DNA from: Octopus sinensis
Taxonomy: Eukaryota
Assembly (NCBI RefSeq): GCF_006345805.1
Contig: NW_021832831.1
Span: 38,188 to 102,187 of the forward strand
Direction: 5' to 3'
Length of the DNA stretch: 64,000 nt
The stretch's first letter is position 1. Every line of letters begins with the position of its first letter. The notes beneath the pieces are model-generated. The model saw only the letters and a list, made by a program, of their open reading frames with translations, made no database searches and was not told the origin of the DNA. The translations under genes and the position numbers were made by a program. Below are positions 60,773-64,000 of this stretch, one piece after another.

Positions 60773-63700
60773 AAGAACACAAGTACAAGATTTTCTGGGC
60801 AGGAAACACTGACGGGGTTGGAGGCGTGGTATACTTCTCGCTGAAAAATGGGTAGATAAGGTAATTGAGGTAATCAGAGTAAGTGACAGAATACTTAAGA
60901 TTAGATTAGTGCTTCATCATGGATTAGCAACCATTATATCGGCCTACGCCCCTCACCTGGGGCTACCCGATGGACAGAAAGACCGATTCTATGACACTCT
61001 ACTGTCGAGCGACAGAGACCTTCGCTTTGTGGCTGGTGACTTCAATGGTCACATTGGACGACATGCTGGAGGCTTCCATGGTGTACATGGGGGCTATGGT
61101 TATGGCTCCCGCAACGACGAGGGAACCAGGCTGCTGGAGTTCTGCGATGCAAATGATCTTATGGTTTGCAACACTAACTTCAAGAAACCTACCAGCCACC
61201 TAGTCACCTACCCATCGGGCCGACATACCAGCCAAATTGACTACATCCTTGCCAGGAAAACGGAAAGATGGCTGCTTATAAATGCCAAAACCTTCCCAGG
61301 CGAAGAATGTACCCCACAACATAGACTGGTAGTTAGTGACTTTAGGATCAGGACTAAGAGGACGACCAGAAGACGACCAACTTGGAGAAGAAGGATCTGG
61401 AAGCTTAAAGATCCTGCAAATGAACAGAGACTTAGGGACATATTACTTGAAGCCTTTGACAAAGTAGAAGGGGATATAGCTTCACAGGGGGTAGAAGACA
61501 ACTGGACGTTTCTAAGGGACAACCTGCTGAGAGCCACGGACCAGATATATGGCTGGTGCAAAGTCCCCTCTCGATCCAAAATAACGTGGTGGTGGAACAA
61601 TGTTGTAGACAGGGCTATTAGAGAAAAGAGACAGGCTTGGAGGGACTGGAAAAATGGTGGTAGCAGGGAATTGTATCAGACTACCAAAAGAGAAGCTATG
61701 AGACAGGTTTATTTAGCCAGAGGGGAAGCAGACAAGAAAAAATTTGCCAATGTTCTGCACTGTGAGGACCAAAGACTTGAGGTATTCCGTGTTGCAAGAC
61801 AGTGTGTGAGAGAGAATCGTGATGTGGGAGGAGAGAAATGTGTTCACATGGATGATGGTTCACTTGCGCTAAATGAGGATGCAAAGAGAGAGGTTTGGAG
61901 ACATCCTTATGAGAGGCTGCTAAATAAGGAAAATGAATGGGATAAAGAGAGTCTGCTGAATGTCGACGCAACAGAGGGACCAGCTATCTGAGTTAACAGT
62001 TCCTTAGTAGTTAAGGCAATTAGTAGTATGAAGACAGGGAAAGCCCCAGGCCCATCAGGAATTACTGCAGAAATGCTTAAAATATCTGGTAGTGTCGGCT
62101 ATAGCCTAGTCACCCATATAGTTAACCAGGTGATACACGAAGGAGTCATACCAATGACTGGTGTAGCAGCATAATAGTCAACTGCTACAAAGGTAAGGGT
62201 GACGCTTTAGATACAAATAATTACAGAGGTATCAAACTGTTAAGTCAGGTATTGAAGGTTACGGAGAGGGTCATAGCCCAACTGATTAGGGAGAGAGTCA
62301 GCTTGGATGAGATGCAGTTTGGTTTCGTGCCAGGAAAAAGCACCACTGATGCCATATTTCTGGTGAAACAGCTGCAGGAGAAATACCTAGCCAAGGATAA
62401 GCCCCTGTACCTGGCTTTCATTGACATGGAGAACGCCTTTGACAGGGTCCCCCGATCCCTTATCTGGTGGTCAATGAGGAAACTAGGGATAGATGAATGG
62501 TTAGTGAGAGCTGTGCAAGCCATGTACAGAGACGCTGTAACTAAGGTGAGGGTTGGCAACGAGTACACTAAAGAATTCAAAGTAGAGGTAGAGGTCCACC
62601 AAGGTTCAGTCCTCAGCCCCCTCCTATTTATCATAGTCCTCCAGGCAATAACGGAGGAATTCAAGACAGGATGCCCCTGGGAGCTCCTCTACGCTGATGA
62701 CCTTGCTCTAATTACTGAGTCACTATTAGAAATAGAGGCAAAGTTTCAAGTGTGGAGACAAGGATTAGAACCAAAGGGCCTTAAAATCAACCTAGCTAAA
62801 ACCAAAGTCTTAATATGTAGGAAGGCAGGCAAATCACAAACGCCTTCAGGTAGATGGCCCTGCTCAATCTGTAGAAATGGTGTAGGTAGAAACTCTATAA
62901 GATGCACTAAGTGTAAGCTATGGACACATAAGAGGTGCAGCAATGTCAAAGGAAGGCTAACTGGGAAGATAGTTTTGGTATGTGGCAGATGCTCAGGAGC
63001 AATAAACACTGAAAATGCGCAGGGACCAACTTCCGCCACATTCAAGGGAGAAAAACTAGAAGCAGTTGATAGCTTCCGTTACCTAGGCAACCAAGTCAGT
63101 AGCAGGGGCGGGTGTGCTGAAAGTGTAACTGCTAGAATAAGAATAGCCTGGGCAAAGTTCAGAGAGCTCTTACCCCTGCTGGTGACAAAAGGCCTCTCGC
63201 TCAGAACAAAAGGCAGACTGTATGATGCATGAGTACGAACAGCCATGCTACATGGCAGTGAAACATGGGCCGTGACTGCTGAGGATATGTGTAAGCTCAC
63301 AAGAAATGAAGCCAATATGCTCCGATAGATGTGTAATGTCAGTGTTCATAGTCGACAGAGTGTAAGTACCTTGAGAGAAAAGTTGAACCTAAGAAGCATC
63401 AGTTGTGGTGTGCAAGAGAGACGTTTGCACTGGTATGGTCATGTAGCGAGAATGGATGAAGATAGTTGTGTGAAAAAGTGCCACACCCTGGCGGTTGAGG
63501 GAATCTGTGGTAGAGGTAGACCCAGGAAAACCCGGGATGAGGTGGTGAAGAACGACCTTCGAACTTTAGGTCTCACCGAGGAAATGACAAGAGACCCAGA
63601 CTTTGGAAGTATGCTGTGCGTGAGAAGACCTGGCAGGACAAGTGAGACCATAACCCGTGGCCCCTACCTGGGACGTAGCCAGTCCACTTATGCATACCTT

Positions 63701-64000
63701 TCCTTCTTGTGACACAAACCCTACTTGTGAAGACCTGTTGAGGCAAGTGAAAATCAAAATCAAAATGAAAATCAAAATCGAAATTGAAATCTCTCAACAT
63801 CAATGGAAATTGTAGCTGAGATACCAGTGCCGGTGGCATGTAAGAGAACCATCCGAACGTGGCCGTTGCCAGCCTCGTCTCGCACCTGTGCAGATGGCAC
63901 ATAAAAAGCACCCACTACACTCACGGAGTGGTTGGTGTTAGGAAGGGCATCCAGCTGTAGCAACACTGCCAGATCAGACTGGGCCTGGCACAGTCTCCTG
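60769..64000 (+). mobile_element. RTE copy, 5'-truncated in the endonuclease, running off the window within the 3' UTR
   Basis: ORFs 60909..61991 (360 aa), 62252..63232 (326 aa) and 63329..63712. Confidence 0.97.

Overview
This is AT-rich eukaryotic DNA made almost entirely of nested transposable-element remains. It is most likely a cephalopod (Octopus-like) genome, judged from recalled resemblance of the tRNA-headed SINE and RTE families, not from a database search. No host protein-coding gene, rRNA, true tRNA gene or CRISPR array is supportable. The window holds about ten copies of one RTE-clade LINE (APE endonuclease, RT, an embedded PHD-like finger, a modular 3' UTR and a (GAT)n tail), a second BovB-like RTE family, a HERO-like RLE LINE and a CR1-group LINE with an uninterrupted RT frame. 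It also holds two Penelope-like (PLE) fragments, a Tx1/L1-like end, several mariner/Tc1 remnants and a MITE, one Helitron family (a decayed RepHel copy plus non-autonomous copies), SINEs, and mini/microsatellites. The most interesting signals are non-coding. They are: a hammerhead core with its three strands in non-circularly permuted order at the 3' end of the RLE LINE; a ~1.4 kb AT-rich, ORF-less, hammerhead-terminated element reconstructable from two heavily nested copies; several more minimal hammerhead remnants with palindromic stem III; a 562-bp hairpin-rich insertion with a target-site duplication; a fossil snap-back retrotransposition event forming a ~200-bp palindrome; and Helitron junctions that look like rolling-circle read-through and concatemer products. 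All alignments and folds were done by eye, so boundaries are approximate unless exact motifs are quoted.
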